A model generated the notes under the pieces. That model saw nothing but the letters and a program-made list of their open reading frames with translations. It had not been told where the DNA came from and made no database searches. This document shows, one piece after another, positions 45,796-57,968 of a stretch of DNA of 64,000 bases; positions within the stretch are counted from its first letter, which is position 1; the number at the start of each line of letters is the position of its first letter. The translations under genes and the position numbers were made by a program. This DNA comes from Cyanidioschyzon merolae (taxonomy: Eukaryota), in the NCBI GenBank assembly GCA_000091205.1, contig AP006488.2; one strand, 5' to 3'.

Positions 45796-46941
45796 ATGTG
45801 GCCAGAAACACTCAGCGAAACACCGCTCTGGAAACGGGTACGTTTTGAGGAGCGCTTGTCGATATCTCCAGCTGTGCTGCAAGGTCCAAAAACTGTCTTC
45901 AACGCGATCTACCGCAGTCTATTCAACCGACTTTTTCGTTACGACCCGCTTCTGCAGGGAACCGTGGTGTCGTTGCGTGCGGTACCTGGCGCCGCACTGG
46001 ATCCACTGCACAAGCGTCGGGCAAACACGTACACCGCTGCAGAACCAAAACTCGACCTAGAGGTTACGGATCGAGGGTTTTTCCATGTTCGGCTCCATGT
46101 GGAGGCTCTTGTTTTCTCTCCGCCGGTGGTTGATGGCGAAGCATCGATCGTTGTGAAGAATGGAACCCGGACGCGGCAGCTTCCTCGATTGTATGGTCGA
46201 GTCGTATTTCTCGGCACGCGGCATGTTGCACTACGAGTGTTTGGTATTTTTCACGCAGCCATTAGCGTGGATGATTTTCCGGGAGAATATCGACGAGAGC
46301 ATGACCGATGGATACCGTTAGCAGTAGATGCCCCAGGTGTCGACTTATCGGAGAAACAAGTTCGTGTCGGGGACGTGCTCTGTTTTGAGGTGAAAGATCT
46401 CCAGCACGCGTCCAATGGTATCTTTGTGATCCGAGGAGGGGTTCCCGTCCCCGATGCAAACTGCGTGGAGACGACGCCGGCCCCGGGAGCACCACAAGCT
46501 GATACCACAACGCGCCCTCTAGAGTATACGCTTCCGGATTACGAGGCACTTCACGATGAGTTACTTCGGAACCAAGTCGAGCGATTCCTCACGGCTGCCT
46601 GGCGCGCGTCGACGCTGGGCGACCATGTGGACATCGCGACGTTCCAGGAGCTTGTGAGCCTGGAAATACCAGGTCACGATGGAGCTGCAAAGCTACCACG
46701 AACCACGACAGATACGGAGACGAATCTGGGGGTTATCAGACTCACTGCGGACGCTATTGACCGCGAAATCATATGGGACGCTGATAGCGATAGCATTTCC
46801 GAAAACAGCACCGCTCACGAGGATCCGTCGGCGTCGAAACTCGAAGCCCTATCCGGAGAGTTCTTCACATTGGGGAACGCTGACTCGGACCCGCTGGCAG
46901 AGCTTGTAGCTGCTTCACGTGGGCACCCCACAGTCGGGTAG
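45796..46941 (+). CDS. RNA polymerase I subunit RPA43-like
   Basis: ATG at 45796. It is collinear with the RPA43 layout: LSISPAVLQGP...LFRYDPLLQGTVVSLRAV, FFHVRLHVEALVFSPPVVDGE, LYGRVVFLGTRHVALRVFGIFHAAISVDDFP, VRVGDVLCFEVKDL...IFVIRGGV, and an acidic C-terminal tail. Confidence 0.6.
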   Translation: MWPETLSETPLWKRVRFEERLSISPAVLQGPKTVFNAIYRSLFNRLFRYDPLLQGTVVSLRAVPGAALDPLHKRRANTYTAAEPKLDLEVTDRGFFHVRLHVEALVFSPPVVDGEASIVVKNGTRTRQLPRLYGRVVFLGTRHVALRVFGIFHAAISVDDFPGEYRREHDRWIPLAVDAPGVDLSEKQVRVGDVLCFEVKDLQHASNGIFVIRGGVPVPDANCVETTPAPGAPQADTTTRPLEYTLPDYEALHDELLRNQVERFLTAAWRASTLGDHVDIATFQELVSLEIPGHDGAAKLPRTTTDTETNLGVIRLTADAIDREIIWDADSDSISENSTAHEDPSASKLEALSGEFFTLGNADSDPLAELVAASRGHPTVG

Positions 46942-47099
46942 CTGCTGTGTGCCACATGGCGTCGAGAACGATGGGTATGGAAAGCAACGCATGGCAGCGT
47001 TCTTGTCAGCTGAAGATGACGTCGCGGGTCACGTTTCTCCAGTCGTAAAGGGCAACCGCTGGATCCAGCGCCTGCCTCACATTCTATGATGAAAGCAGC

Positions 47100-48130
47100 T
47101 GAAGCGAATGTGGCGTTTCATATGCACTCCCTGGGATCTGATTCGCTTTCTCGATGCACTCATGTTGCAGCTGGAATATGATCCCATGCTTCCAACAGAA
47201 TACCGTTCTCCTCAATGGAGCCGCTTCGCTCCAGAGGTGTGCATTCATTCAGTTCGGCCCAAAATGGTGTGTTCAGCACGACGCCTTCTTGCAGGGACCG
47301 GTGCAGCGCTCTCGTACGAGCATTTAGTTCTGGTTCGGAACACGGTACAGCCAGCTCGATGCGAAACCTGAACGAGTGCATTCAGCCTGCGTTAAAGCAA
47401 GCGCATGCGAATACATATGGACTAGTAATGCGTTAAATGGAGGAGCACTCGCTCTCTTGGACCACCGTGCTGCTTTGAAGAAACAAGACAGGTTCTGTGG
47501 CATCCTTTTCTGACGCATGCACAACGATATTGCCCACAAGTTGCAGCAACCGAAGGTGTATCGGCACCGAAATAGATGGACCCCAGAAGCGATTGGTAAC
47601 GCCCGTGCCAATCGAACCCCGGCGAGACTGAGGCTCACGCAATGGATCTTTGTAGGCATGCTTAGTGATACAGGTCAATGGAGCACCATGACTGACTGGA
47701 AAATGGCAAACAAAACCGTTCGCTTTTTGTGTATGTGGCGCCCAAAATACGCTGGACCAGGGGCCCGTACCATACCAGCGAAATACTCGGGGCGAGAATC
47801 CAATGCCCCCTGTCCTGGGCTGTGATTTGTTCTCATCGAAAGTCTCTCCACGAGCCGACGCTCTCTGAATGGTACGGCAACGCCGTTCTGTCTCCGTGCA
47901 GCGACCGCACCGGCGCTATAGGCGCCATTGCGGATGCTCTCGGCAGGCATTTGGCACACAATAGGACGTTTAAAATGACCAGTATATCCGAGAAGAAGTA
48001 TAGGTAATGTAACTTGGAGGTAGGGGGTTTGATGGATACTTCACCGCGTACTGAAAAAAAATAAGAAAAGAAAAAGCACACAATCGGCGAACGCTGGCCT
48101 AACTTAAAGTTTTGTCAAGTAAGAAAACGA
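47100..48130 (-). mobile_element. Dispersed repeat B, copy 2: integrase-like relic
   Basis: Positions 47885-48130 align with 5950-6190. The minus frame gives LLGYTGHFKRPIVCQMPAESIRNGAYSAGAV; further 3' are weak integrase-core-like strings (QNLSCFFKAARWSKR...LTQAECTRSG). The lower boundary is uncertain. Confidence 0.4.
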
Positions 48131-48379
48131 AACTCTCCAGCGTTTGAGCTCAATCTCCGCAGTGCATACAACACACTGCGCACGAACAAACGACTCACGG
48201 GAAATAGCTGGACGCTCCGTATGTATGAGACACTTTCAGATATTGATCGGTGCGTTGAAGCGCGGGTGTGGAGAACGTGCTTCCGCGCATTGCGGCTGAT
48301 GGAATCACATCATCGTGATGCGCTCTCTTGCGACTGCCTCGCCATTTGACGTTCGTTCAGCTTACCGTTCACCTTTTCG

Positions 48380-49640
48380 TGCGCCAGTTATTGTTTCACC
48401 TTCTTCTTCTTTACATGTTTCAGCGTTCATGCCCGCTCGTGATACGCATATGTGGTCCCGAACGCATCGATGGAAATCGTGCAACATCGATTCCCGCACT
48501 TGTTCTGGGTGCTCTTGTGGAAAGAGCAATCGTGCATCCCCGGCGAGTTACTGAACATCCAGCACCATACGCTGCCGCTCAACGAAGCGAAACCTAGGCC
48601 ATTTTGGTTTCCATTTCATAGCACAGTCTGACGAATGGAAGCTTCTTGCTTCAGTACAGCAGTCAATGTTGGCGAGCCTGGCGCGTTCACATAAACCACT
48701 GCCAAGTATCGTCGGCATGGGGCACTTTCGGTTTATGTGATCCACGAACGAAGCCTGCAATGCCTCCCCATTTGCTCGAGATGGTGCATCGGGGGTCGAA
48801 GAAGGTCCTGGCGCCGTCGTTCCACATGTTGGCACGCCTCCTGGCGTCAAAGAAGCCCGCCTCCAGATAATACCGAGTTCTGGAAAAGTTGAGCAGCTTC
48901 ATTAGCTCTCCATGCAGATCTTGGGTTCCGTACTCATGGTTAAGAGGTACGCCCAGAAACATGACGACCTTGAACCCGGAATCCAAAACGTCTACCAAAA
49001 CTTTTTCTCCTATATCCTGAACTGTTGACATTGAGATTTATTGCTCGTCTTGGGCATGGGGTTCACAATCTGAAAGCAGACAGATATTTCAAGGGTCGCC
49101 ACTGTCTATTTTCACCTTTTCCCGCTTGCTCCCCCAAACCTGGAAACCCTGAAGGATCTCCATCCCGCTATCCCCACAAACTGTTTCGAATGCCTCTGAG
49201 TTGTAAGCAGAGATCACCCGTTGCTCACCTAGTTGGGTATAAAGTTCAGTACAGATTTGTCTACGATGTTGAGATCTACCCTAGTCTGACGTACACGGAG
49301 CATGTTGAGTGATAGCTCGAGGAGACGACGGGCACTCTAATGCAGGCAGGGAGTCTGCATTGCCCCGGAGGACTCTGTTCACTTGCCCAAATCGCAGTGC
49401 AGATAGGAACACTGTTTCAACCATCCTTTGAATATGACCTCATTTGGCCCGAGGCCGAGACCAACACCATGCCCTCGGACGATTTGAAGCGATCGCCACG
49501 CTCGTTGCGGCATCTCTTCCAAACTCGCTACCTCTTCGATCTCCTGCGCCAGCAGCTCGTCACCCGCCTCCACTGACACTCGGAGACTACTCTCCATGAC
49601 TCCCATTTTTCTTCGCCAGTAAGGAGATCGGAAAACGCCC
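48380..49640 (-). pseudogene. Metallophosphoesterase (purple-acid-phosphatase-like) gene remnant, frameshifted
   Basis: Minus-strand pieces occur in the expected order but in different frames: IVRGHGVGLG (49379-49642), FKVVMFLGVPLNHEYG...LMKLLNFSRTRYYLEAGFF...DDTWQWF (48687-49031; GNHE, YYS and Q..WL positions), then GMHDCSFHKS...IDAFGTTYAYHERA (about 48400-48540; GHxHxYER position). Unrecognised introns cannot be excluded. Confidence 0.4.
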
Positions 49641-51860
49641 ACAGAGTGCGCTCCACGCAGCGCTCGAGCTAGAACCGCATTTGGGTTTTCTAGTCAGTTT
49701 GATACTGTTTGACACCTGCTTTGTGGATGTACCACTCGCAGACTGGGCACAGCAATGCGTCAACAAGTTCGAGGAAGCGCGTGCGCGAAGCTCTGATCCG
49801 ACGATCAGACCATTTTTGCATCCTCTGTCCAGAGCGTCAGCCGCTGCATGAGGGTATTATGGAAGGATTCCAGTGGAATGTGCACAGCTGGCTGCCCTGC
49901 GTCCGGAACACCCACAAATGTTTGTTTCATGATGTGCATCAAAGCGAGAGAAGCTCGACGAGCCTCCCTCGGGCCGGGAGTTCGACTACTCCGTATGGCG
50001 TCCTGCCTCGCGCTCTATGGAAGATTTCATCAATGAATACATTGCATGTGGGAGACGATGACACCCGTCTCGGATAGTTCTTTCTGCTCCGATTGTTTAA
50101 CTTGCTGTTCCATCTCGTCCTCTTTTGAGCTGGACTTTGCTCTTCTTAGTCTCGTAGGTTCTTCTCCTTCTCATCGTTAGCCTTGCCCTGTACGTGGTAG
50201 CGTAGCACGCATGTGGTTGCTATAATCTGTAACCATTGTTCTTGCGGACTCTGGAGTTCTGGGTAGACACTGATGCTGAAAAAAAGCCTTTTCTCTCTAT
50301 GAATCTACTAGTTTATATCCCTTTTCATAGTGTTATCCGTTGCGAGTACGCCCACCGGCATATGCGCTCGTTTCTGCTCCTTCTCCTCGCACGAGAAGCG
50401 GAGCAGCGCAGCAATCTAGATGTGGTGATCGTCGAGAACAACTTGTATATACATTGCGGTTTCACGGATGCACACGACTTTAATGCTGTTCAGTGAGCGT
50501 CGAAATGGCGCTCGACAACTGGAAAGGCACCATCGACAGGATTGATCCAGGGGCACGGGCTGGCGCGCAGAGACGCTCAGAATCAGCCTCAGCTGCGCAC
50601 ACGATGGCCTATTGAGCGTGGCAGAACTGGGCGTTGTTGAAGATCAGGACAGTTATATGTTAGGAGCATTCGCCACGAACATTTCTTCGACCAAGGATGG
50701 GGTGTTTAAGTATCCTTTATTTTTCCGATATGTAGATAGCCATACGACAGCGTCGCCGCTATGGCTAAGGTTGTCGTCATTCTCGCCTGTCACGTCTTTC
50801 CGAACAGCGGCTTGCCTCACATTGAAGGACCGCCGAGTTCTACTATCCATCCCGAGTGAAGCCATATCGAGTGAGACGAACAGCCGCTTCTGCTTTCACA
50901 AGCGTTCGCATCTCAGAGCGTCATTGAAAGCATTTTGTTCAACGCGCGCTTGCCTTCTAGATAAGCGTGCAATGTACTCGCCCACTTTGTACACCGTTCG
51001 TGTCAACGGTAACAAATCTTGGAATCCTGCGACTTCTTGAGATATTCTTCTTCGAGAGCATATGAAATGCAATGGATTGATGCGTGGATAGTCGTACTAG
51101 TAGCGTAAAACAAGTTCTTCCCTGGGTACACGTCGTTCAGGAGAGGAACTACGCCAAGCTTGGCGCTTATCCACCTGCTGACCCTGGAGCAACTGATTTG
51201 TTCGAGTAGGACCTTTTACCCATGTTCTCGGTGACGGCATCATGTTTTTCTTCGACTATTCTCTATTGTAAAAAGGCAGACTCCTTTTGTTGTGCTACTG
51301 ACAGAAGAACAAACAAAAAAGCGTGCTGCTGCATCTGCTCCAGCGTGCAGTGCTCTGAATCGAACGCTGCTTTGGCGATACCTCTGAACCTCGTCATTCT
51401 GGACACAATACATGCAACGCGGCGGCATCGACAGTGCCCGAGCGTTTCATGCACAGAACTAGACAATCCAGCACGGATTGTTGCCCTAGGCAACGTCGAG
51501 CACATATGTCCATTATAAAACCAATATGTTCAGCATCAGGAGCGTGCTCCTAGCGGCGCCTCATTTCGCCATCGATGGTGGCGGAGACGCTCGCACGGGC
51601 AATGACGTGCGCGCTCACGTCGCAAAGCCAGCGCATCGCGCTGCGTGAGCGTTCAAAACGTGAAACTACTCCGGTGTGTGAACTGACTCGTGTGCAGGGC
51701 GTGATCCCACTTCGTCCTTGTTCATCAGTTGGTTGCAGTGACATCTTTGTGTTTGTGGCGAAGAATTTGGCAGATCTGCTCGGTCTCTGAACTTGAAACC
51801 TTGTACTGCAGGAACGCACCGAAGACACCGCTTGGTGACGCATTGTGCTGGTGGTTTTTC

Positions 51861-54179
51861 ATGGAGGTACAACAACGTCTAGCATTTGTGGGATCTGTGG
51901 CAAGCAAGCAGTCGACTTGGACACCGTGCCAAACCGACGCCTTGAAAGCGTTGAACCAGTGCACGTGTGCACAGCTGCAGACGTCGCGGAGGCGTGCTGC
52001 ACGGACGCGTTCTCGTGCCGCATTACTGCGCTGTGCTGCTGACGATGGGTCGCTTGGAGAGTCCCACTCTGTCGAGTATACGAGCGCGGCACCGCTGAGC
52101 ACGCCTCTTCTGGATGCAGTGCGCTTCCCCGCGGATATGCGCCAGTTCACCGTGGGTGAAGTGAAACAGCTGGCGCACGAACTGCGCTGGGAACTCTTGC
52201 GTGCAGTGAGCAAGACTGGTGGACACCTCGGCGCCTCGCTTGGTGTCGTAGAACTGACGGTAGCGCTACACTACGTATTCAATACCCCGGAGGACGCGAT
52301 CGTCTGGGACGTCAGCCACCAAACGTATCCGCACAAGATTCTGACCGGCCGGCGTCATCGTATGCACACTCTGCGCAAAAGCGGAGGTATAAGCGGTTTC
52401 ACTAGAAGAGTCGAAAGCGAATACGATGTTTTTGGCGCTGGCCATTCGTCGACTTCTATCTCGGCGGCTTTGGGTCTAGCGATAGGACGCGATCTCGCAG
52501 GAAAGAAACAACATGTGATTGCCGTTATCGGAGACGGCGCGCTTACCGGAGGCATGGCCTACGAAGCAATGAACAACGCTGGGTACTTGAACTCGCGGAT
52601 CATTGTCATTCTGAATGACAACGGCCAGGTGAGCCTTCCGACGGGCACCAAGTCCGCTGCAGGCACCGGACCAGCTGGGGCGCTCAGTGGCTATATGTCG
52701 CGCTTGTTAACGAGCAAGGAGTTCCAGGACGTTCGCGCTATTGCAAAAGAGTTTTCTCGTCTGTTTCCGGATCCGCTGCAGCGCACTGCAGCCCAGCTTG
52801 ACGAGTATGCGCGAGCCTGGGTTGCACAGGGAGCTGGCGGCAACCGCGCGACGCTCTTTGAAGAACTGGGCTTTTACTACGTCGGGCCTGTCGACGGCCA
52901 CGACGTTGAGGTTCTCGTCAATGTCCTGAAGAATATTCGAGATGCACCCGGGAACAAACCGATTTTTCTTCACGTGAAGACGGAGAAGGGGCGAGGCTAC
53001 CCTCCCGCCGAATCCGCTCTAGACAAGTATCACGGTGTATCCAAATTCGACCTAGCCACTGGAAAGCAGATGGTTCCGATGCATTCACCTCCGAGCTACA
53101 CATCCGTTTTCGCCAAAGCGCTTATCGCAGAGGCCGATGAAGATCGCCGCATTGTTGGCATCACCGCAGCAATGCCGGGCGGTACCGGCATGGGCGCCTT
53201 TGGAGAGGCTCACCCTACGCGTTGTTTCGATGTAGGTATCGCTGAACAACATGCGGTAACTTTTGCCGCAGGCCTGAGTATCCAGGGTTTCAAACCGTTT
53301 TGCTGCATTTACTCGACCTTCTTGCAGCGTGGCTATGATCAGGTTATTCACGATGTTGCATTGCAAAAGCTACCAGTGCGATTCATTCTGGACAGGGCGG
53401 GCCTTGTTGGGAATGATGGGCCCACACATCATGGAACCTTTGACCTGGCATATTTGGGTTGCATTCCAAACATGATGATTATGGCCCCCAGTGATGAAAT
53501 CGAGTTGGTGCATATGGTGGCGACGGCGCGGGCCTACGATGAGGGCCCCTGTGCATTACGGTATCCACGTGGTACCGCTGTTGGCCTCGATGTTCTCCGT
53601 GAACACTTCGGGTACGATCTGGAGGCCATTCCAGTGCGGGGTAAGGTGCTTCCGATCGGCAAAGGCCGAATCATCCGCGAAAAGAAGTCCGCCAGTACCG
53701 CCGATGGCGCCGAAATCCCACGAGGCGTCGCAATCCTTTCACTCGGGACGCGTCTGCTCGAAGCGGTACACGCTGCAGGGCAGCTGGAGGCTCTGGATGT
53801 TGCATGTACAGTTGCAGATGCTCGATTTATGAAACCGCTTGATACGGATCTGATCCGTCGCCTCATTCGGAATCACGAAGTGCTGATCACCATTGAGGAG
53901 GGCAGCATCGGAGGATTCGGCGATCACGTGCTCCACTACGCTGCTCTGAACGGACTTTTGGACGAAGGCAAATGCAAAGTGCGACCCATGGTCATTCCCG
54001 ACGTCTTCATCGAAACAGGAACACAAGCTGAACAATATGAGGAAGCCGGACTGACAGCCGCACACATCGTGCGTACGGCTCTGCAACTGGTTGGAAAAGG
54101 CAATCTGCGCTTTGGTGGAAACGGAGTGGCGAATCCATCAGCGGGCACCGCGGCTGCCTCCCGCAACGCGCGGACTTGA
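51861..54179 (+). CDS. DXS: 1-deoxy-D-xylulose-5-phosphate synthase (MEP pathway) with N-terminal presequence
   Basis: The listed ORF starts at TTG 51729; the first ATG is 51861 (MEVQQRLAF). Conserved DXS blocks are [39 protein letters not shown], the TPP motif [19 protein letters not shown]...[28 protein letters not shown] and [15 protein letters not shown]. About 85 aa precede the conserved core. Confidence 0.95.
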   Translation: MEVQQRLAFVGSVASKQSTWTPCQTDALKALNQCTCAQLQTSRRRAARTRSRAALLRCAADDGSLGESHSVEYTSAAPLSTPLLDAVRFPADMRQFTVGEVKQLAHELRWELLRAVSKTGGHLGASLGVVELTVALHYVFNTPEDAIVWDVSHQTYPHKILTGRRHRMHTLRKSGGISGFTRRVESEYDVFGAGHSSTSISAALGLAIGRDLAGKKQHVIAVIGDGALTGGMAYEAMNNAGYLNSRIIVILNDNGQVSLPTGTKSAAGTGPAGALSGYMSRLLTSKEFQDVRAIAKEFSRLFPDPLQRTAAQLDEYARAWVAQGAGGNRATLFEELGFYYVGPVDGHDVEVLVNVLKNIRDAPGNKPIFLHVKTEKGRGYPPAESALDKYHGVSKFDLATGKQMVPMHSPPSYTSVFAKALIAEADEDRRIVGITAAMPGGTGMGAFGEAHPTRCFDVGIAEQHAVTFAAGLSIQGFKPFCCIYSTFLQRGYDQVIHDVALQKLPVRFILDRAGLVGNDGPTHHGTFDLAYLGCIPNMMIMAPSDEIELVHMVATARAYDEGPCALRYPRGTAVGLDVLREHFGYDLEAIPVRGKVLPIGKGRIIREKKSASTADGAEIPRGVAILSLGTRLLEAVHAAGQLEALDVACTVADARFMKPLDTDLIRRLIRNHEVLITIEEGSIGGFGDHVLHYAALNGLLDEGKCKVRPMVIPDVFIETGTQAEQYEEAGLTAAHIVRTALQLVGKGNLRFGGNGVANPSAGTAAASRNART

Positions 54180-55337
54180 GATGCCACTGCTCTTGAGCAG
54201 CGTCTGCGAGGCGTCCGGGCTTGAGGCTTCGCAGCGAGCGAACTGGCATGGATATGGTGCCTGATCAAGTCCGGTACCACGGGCATTTATCTTTGACACA
54301 AAGATCGTAAAATCATGACCTGAATCCGATCTATGGTGACAAACGCCGTGTGTTGCATGTTCCAGCAGCGAGTGGCCGGACAGTGCTGCCAGCACACCAC
54401 CGTGGACGACGGGTACAGACGGTGCTGGTATTGCGTTCCCGCGAATAGAAGCCGCCCCGACGACGTTCGTCGAAGCGCGACACCCGCGTCACCAATAGAT
54501 GCGATGGCATTCAGCAGGTCGTCCTTAACATGGGTATCGTGCGTAGGCGCAATGTCTGGAGGAATACTCCGTGTTGTTGTTGGCTGTTACGCAGCGCGCG
54601 TCTAAAACAGGTACAGCGTTGGATAAAGCTGGATGCGAGAACGTGCAGCTAGCGCCGAGGCTTCAAGATAGACAGGACATGCGGCATGGCTTCGTGCACC
54701 AGGTACGCGCACCCGGTGGCGAATGAGCAGAAACTGCGATCGGACGCATGGGGCAAAGCTACCGGCTTTGATGCGCCTCACGAGTGCCACAGTCATGTTT
54801 TTAGAGAAAGTGAGACACAATCGGCGCTCACTCTGGTGCCGCATAACGAGTATGCAACGGGTACAGCGTCAAGCACCTTGGGCGCGCGAACTCGAACTCA
54901 GATTTCTTTTCTACATACGGCTTGGTGTGAACGGGCGCAGAGCGCCAGCTCGGTCTCTGCGCTTTTCCACTTTTGTATCGTAGAACCTGGCGTCCTCGGT
55001 GTGCATGGAATGACGCTGGCACATCGGCTACGCAAAATGCCAAGCGCTTTTGGCAACGCGACCTGCGCGAAATGGACGGCGATCGGACGCTTACAACTAC
55101 TTTTGTAGTCGCGCAGCAGACCAGTGGACAGCAGGGACACCAGCTAAGGACAGCGGAAAACGTTTGGACGCTACGCTGCGGCGCGCAGTGCGCCTCGTTT
55201 CCATACGTTCCGAGTACAGCGCTCTCCGTAAAGCCAGTCAGCGAGACAATTCGACGGCGCGTCCGATAGGAAGCTGCACAAACAACCGTACACACCGACC
55301 CGAGAGGAAACGCACACAACGTCTACAGCGGATTCAT

Positions 55338-55500
55338 GGATAAATAAATCCACAGTCTATGTATCCATTGACACGCCCATATATTTCAATGATCTATATA
55401 AAATATATCCACAGTCTATGCATCCATTGAACAAATCCATACAGAACATTGCTCTATTCGAAATAAATCCTCAGTCTATGGATTCGTCAACGTCTCCATG
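55338..55500. repeat. AT-rich tandem repeat, period about 59-60 bp, 3 units, about 220-380 bp upstream of the CHO2-like ATG
   Basis: aaataaatccacagtctatgtatccattga (55342), aaatatatccacagtctatgcatccattga (55401) and aaataaatcctcagtctatggattcgtcaa (55461). The atcc anchors lie at 55348, 55407 and 55467. Confidence 0.75.
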
Positions 55501-55563
55501 CATCGCATCGATTCATGGGAGCCAGTGAAACTGGACGTGCGCGCCCGCCGCCGCCAGTCGTGA

Positions 55564-55653
55564 GCGCGCACGCATACCGATGCGCGCGCACGCACGTCGA
55601 TGCGTGTCGCGTGTGACGCACGCATACACGCCTGCACGCATACACGCCTGCAC
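55564..55653. promoter_or_regulatory. GC-rich block of short tandem duplications immediately 5' of the CHO2-like gene
   Basis: gcgcgcacgcataccgatg (55564-55582) is followed by cgcgcgcacgcacgtcgatg (55583-55602), and gcatacacgcctgcac occurs twice (55622-55637, 55638-55653). A regulatory role is inferred from position only. Confidence 0.4.
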
Positions 55654-55718
55654 CACTTTCTTCCAAGTGCTCGTGCCGTGTCGGCCGGCTCGTGGTCATC
55701 ATCTTGCACATCTTCTGT

Positions 55719-57968
55719 ATGGAGTTACCGAGCGTCCAAGAAAATGCGGTAGCGACGCTGGGCGGACGGCGGAACTCCAAGTCGCGAAAGAGCCGTAGGG
55801 TGCCGAGTCGAGCACCGTCGACATCCTCGCTGTCAGATGAGGCGAGCTCGCTACGATCCACAGAGCGTAGACGAGGGCGGACTAGCCTTGGATCGCCGTC
55901 ACTATCAACGTTAGATCATGATGAGCAGGGTCCTGTGCGAGCGGGAATCGATGTTACGCTCAAACAAAGTGCGACGACGAACTCGGGCGATAGAGTTCAT
56001 TTTGGTGTACCGCCAGCGTCGCCGATGACGGAGCGAGCCGCATCCCAGGTACAGGGCGCCTCCAATGCGCATGGAGAAGAACTACGTCCTACACAACGCT
56101 ATGGGACCGGTCTTATATCAGGAGAGCGGTTTCGAGTCCCGGTAACACGAACCATGGCGGCTCTCGTTTTCGATGTTAGAAACTGGGGTCCTCTGGAGTT
56201 CGTGGTGCACGCCTTGTTCCTGGTCCAGCTCTTTGCGACATTCTGGGTGTTTCCACGACTGGACCCACTGTGCACCGATGCGTTGAGCGGCTCCTGCGCG
56301 GCTGGTGTCATTTCCTCTGTGATGCTCTTTCTCAGTTGGCGACTGGCGTACAACGTAGGGCTTGGCTGGCTCTTGCGTCGGCAGTCCCGTCACGCCGCTA
56401 TTACCCATTGGTGGGCAGGTCTGTCCCCGAAATGGAAGCGAATTATTCGCAGATGCTTTCGCAGTTCGCTCTTGCCGGATGAACGGGTAGCGTCGCGAGC
56501 TCGCTACGGACCATCGCCACCTTGGCCAGTTGATTTCGAAGCCTGGGCCGCTTTCCGATGTCTTGCGACCATCGTCTTGGCAAATGACGGCTGGTCGTAC
56601 CTGTTGCTCTGCTGCAGAGTGTTCCACTTTCCATGGATAGAGCGCTGGTATGCGAGGCCGGATGTCTGGCTCTGCTACCTCTTGGGCGTTGCGCTGATCG
56701 CATTTTCGCTCTGGGCAAAAGCGAGTGCGCATCGCGTGGTGGGTGACTTTGCCTGGTATTGGGGCGACTTTTTTTTCATCATGGAAGGTGAGCTCACTTT
56801 CGATGGCGTGTTTGAGCTTTTCCCCCATCCAATGTACACTGTCGGATATACTGCATACTACGGCTTTAGTTTGATATGCCGCTCGTACACTTTGCTGATT
56901 GCGTCGCTCATCGCACACATGTCTCAGCTGCTCTTTCTCATGAGCGTGGAGGAGCCCCATATCGAAAAAACATACGGCCCGAGCGAGAGGGCGCAGAGCC
57001 CCTCCTGTGCTGCAGAAAGCGTCTCTCCTGAGCGCATCTGCACCGTGTCATGCTGTTCCCGAAACAAAATCGAAAAGGAAGCTGTGGTCCTGGCGAATCT
57101 GGACCCGTTTCGAAATTCGGATCTGTCTCTGCTCATTATGGCGTGTATGACAATCTTTACGCCGGCCCTATCGGGATGGACGCTTACATCTCGATACTAT
57201 GCAATGCAGGTCGTTGGCTGGATGGTCTTCCATTGGTGTGGTCTCGGCACTGTACTCTATCTCCAGAGTACTCGGCGCTGGTGGACACGGCATTTCGAAC
57301 AGCGAGGCCACTGTGCGGCTGAAGCCTTTCGCCAATGGCAGCGGACGTTCAACATGAGCCTTGTGATGAACCACCTGGTATTTGTGATGCTCGCGCTTCA
57401 CGACGCCCAACCGATCCGAATTCCTTCCGTTTGGTCGCTGGTTTCCGGTCGCACTGCGGCGCTCGTCGGCGGGTCTGCTCTTATCATCGTGGGAGCGTCG
57501 TCTTCTATTTCCGCATATCGGATTCTCGGAGATTACGGCTGGTTCTACGGAGACTTTTTTCTCGAACCGTGTGCGTTGTCGAACCATCAGGGGCCTTGGA
57601 AACGACCCGCATCGGTTGAAGCTTCTCTGCGCCCGTCATACGCGGGTATTTATCGGTATTTGAACAACCCTGATTGTGTGCTGGGCTACCTCTGGATGTA
57701 CGGGCTGAGTCTAGCCACTGAAAGCTGGCGGGCGTTCTGGTTCGCGGTTTGTTCCCAAGCGCTTCATGTCTTGTTCTTGGTGCTGGTAGAGGTCCCGCAT
57801 ATGCACCGCACGTATGGGCCGCACTGTCGACGTGCAGCAGCGCTGGAACTGCTCTTACGTCGCCAAGTGCAACGCATTCGTGACCAGCCGCTGCTTCGGG
57901 AGGTAACTTGCAAAGTTGAAGCGCGCGTTGATGAGCTGCGCGGCCGGCTCCTGCACAAGTATCGATAG
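55719..57968 (+). CDS. CHO2: Phosphatidylethanolamine N-methyltransferase, Cho2-type (two PEMT-like domains)
   Basis: The listed ORF starts at GTG 55692; the first ATG is 55719 (MELPSVQEN). It is polytopic and has two PEMT-type repeats: DFFFIMEGELTFDGVFELFPHPMYTVGYTAYYG...EEPHIEKTYG and GDFFLEP...YAGIYRYLNNPDCVLGYLWMYG...VEVPHMHRTYG. Confidence 0.85.
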   Translation: MELPSVQENAVATLGGRRNSKSRKSRRVPSRAPSTSSLSDEASSLRSTERRRGRTSLGSPSLSTLDHDEQGPVRAGIDVTLKQSATTNSGDRVHFGVPPASPMTERAASQVQGASNAHGEELRPTQRYGTGLISGERFRVPVTRTMAALVFDVRNWGPLEFVVHALFLVQLFATFWVFPRLDPLCTDALSGSCAAGVISSVMLFLSWRLAYNVGLGWLLRRQSRHAAITHWWAGLSPKWKRIIRRCFRSSLLPDERVASRARYGPSPPWPVDFEAWAAFRCLATIVLANDGWSYLLLCCRVFHFPWIERWYARPDVWLCYLLGVALIAFSLWAKASAHRVVGDFAWYWGDFFFIMEGELTFDGVFELFPHPMYTVGYTAYYGFSLICRSYTLLIASLIAHMSQLLFLMSVEEPHIEKTYGPSERAQSPSCAAESVSPERICTVSCCSRNKIEKEAVVLANLDPFRNSDLSLLIMACMTIFTPALSGWTLTSRYYAMQVVGWMVFHWCGLGTVLYLQSTRRWWTRHFEQRGHCAAEAFRQWQRTFNMSLVMNHLVFVMLALHDAQPIRIPSVWSLVSGRTAALVGGSALIIVGASSSISAYRILGDYGWFYGDFFLEPCALSNHQGPWKRPASVEASLRPSYAGIYRYLNNPDCVLGYLWMYGLSLATESWRAFWFAVCSQALHVLFLVLVEVPHMHRTYGPHCRRAAALELLLRRQVQRIRDQPLLREVTCKVEARVDELRGRLLHKYR

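Noticed and set aside
56118-56960. 280-aa minus-strand ORF
   Set aside because: It is antisense to the Cho2-type methyltransferase, whose two PEMT repeats fix the true frame. There are no motifs and the composition is low-complexity and basic.
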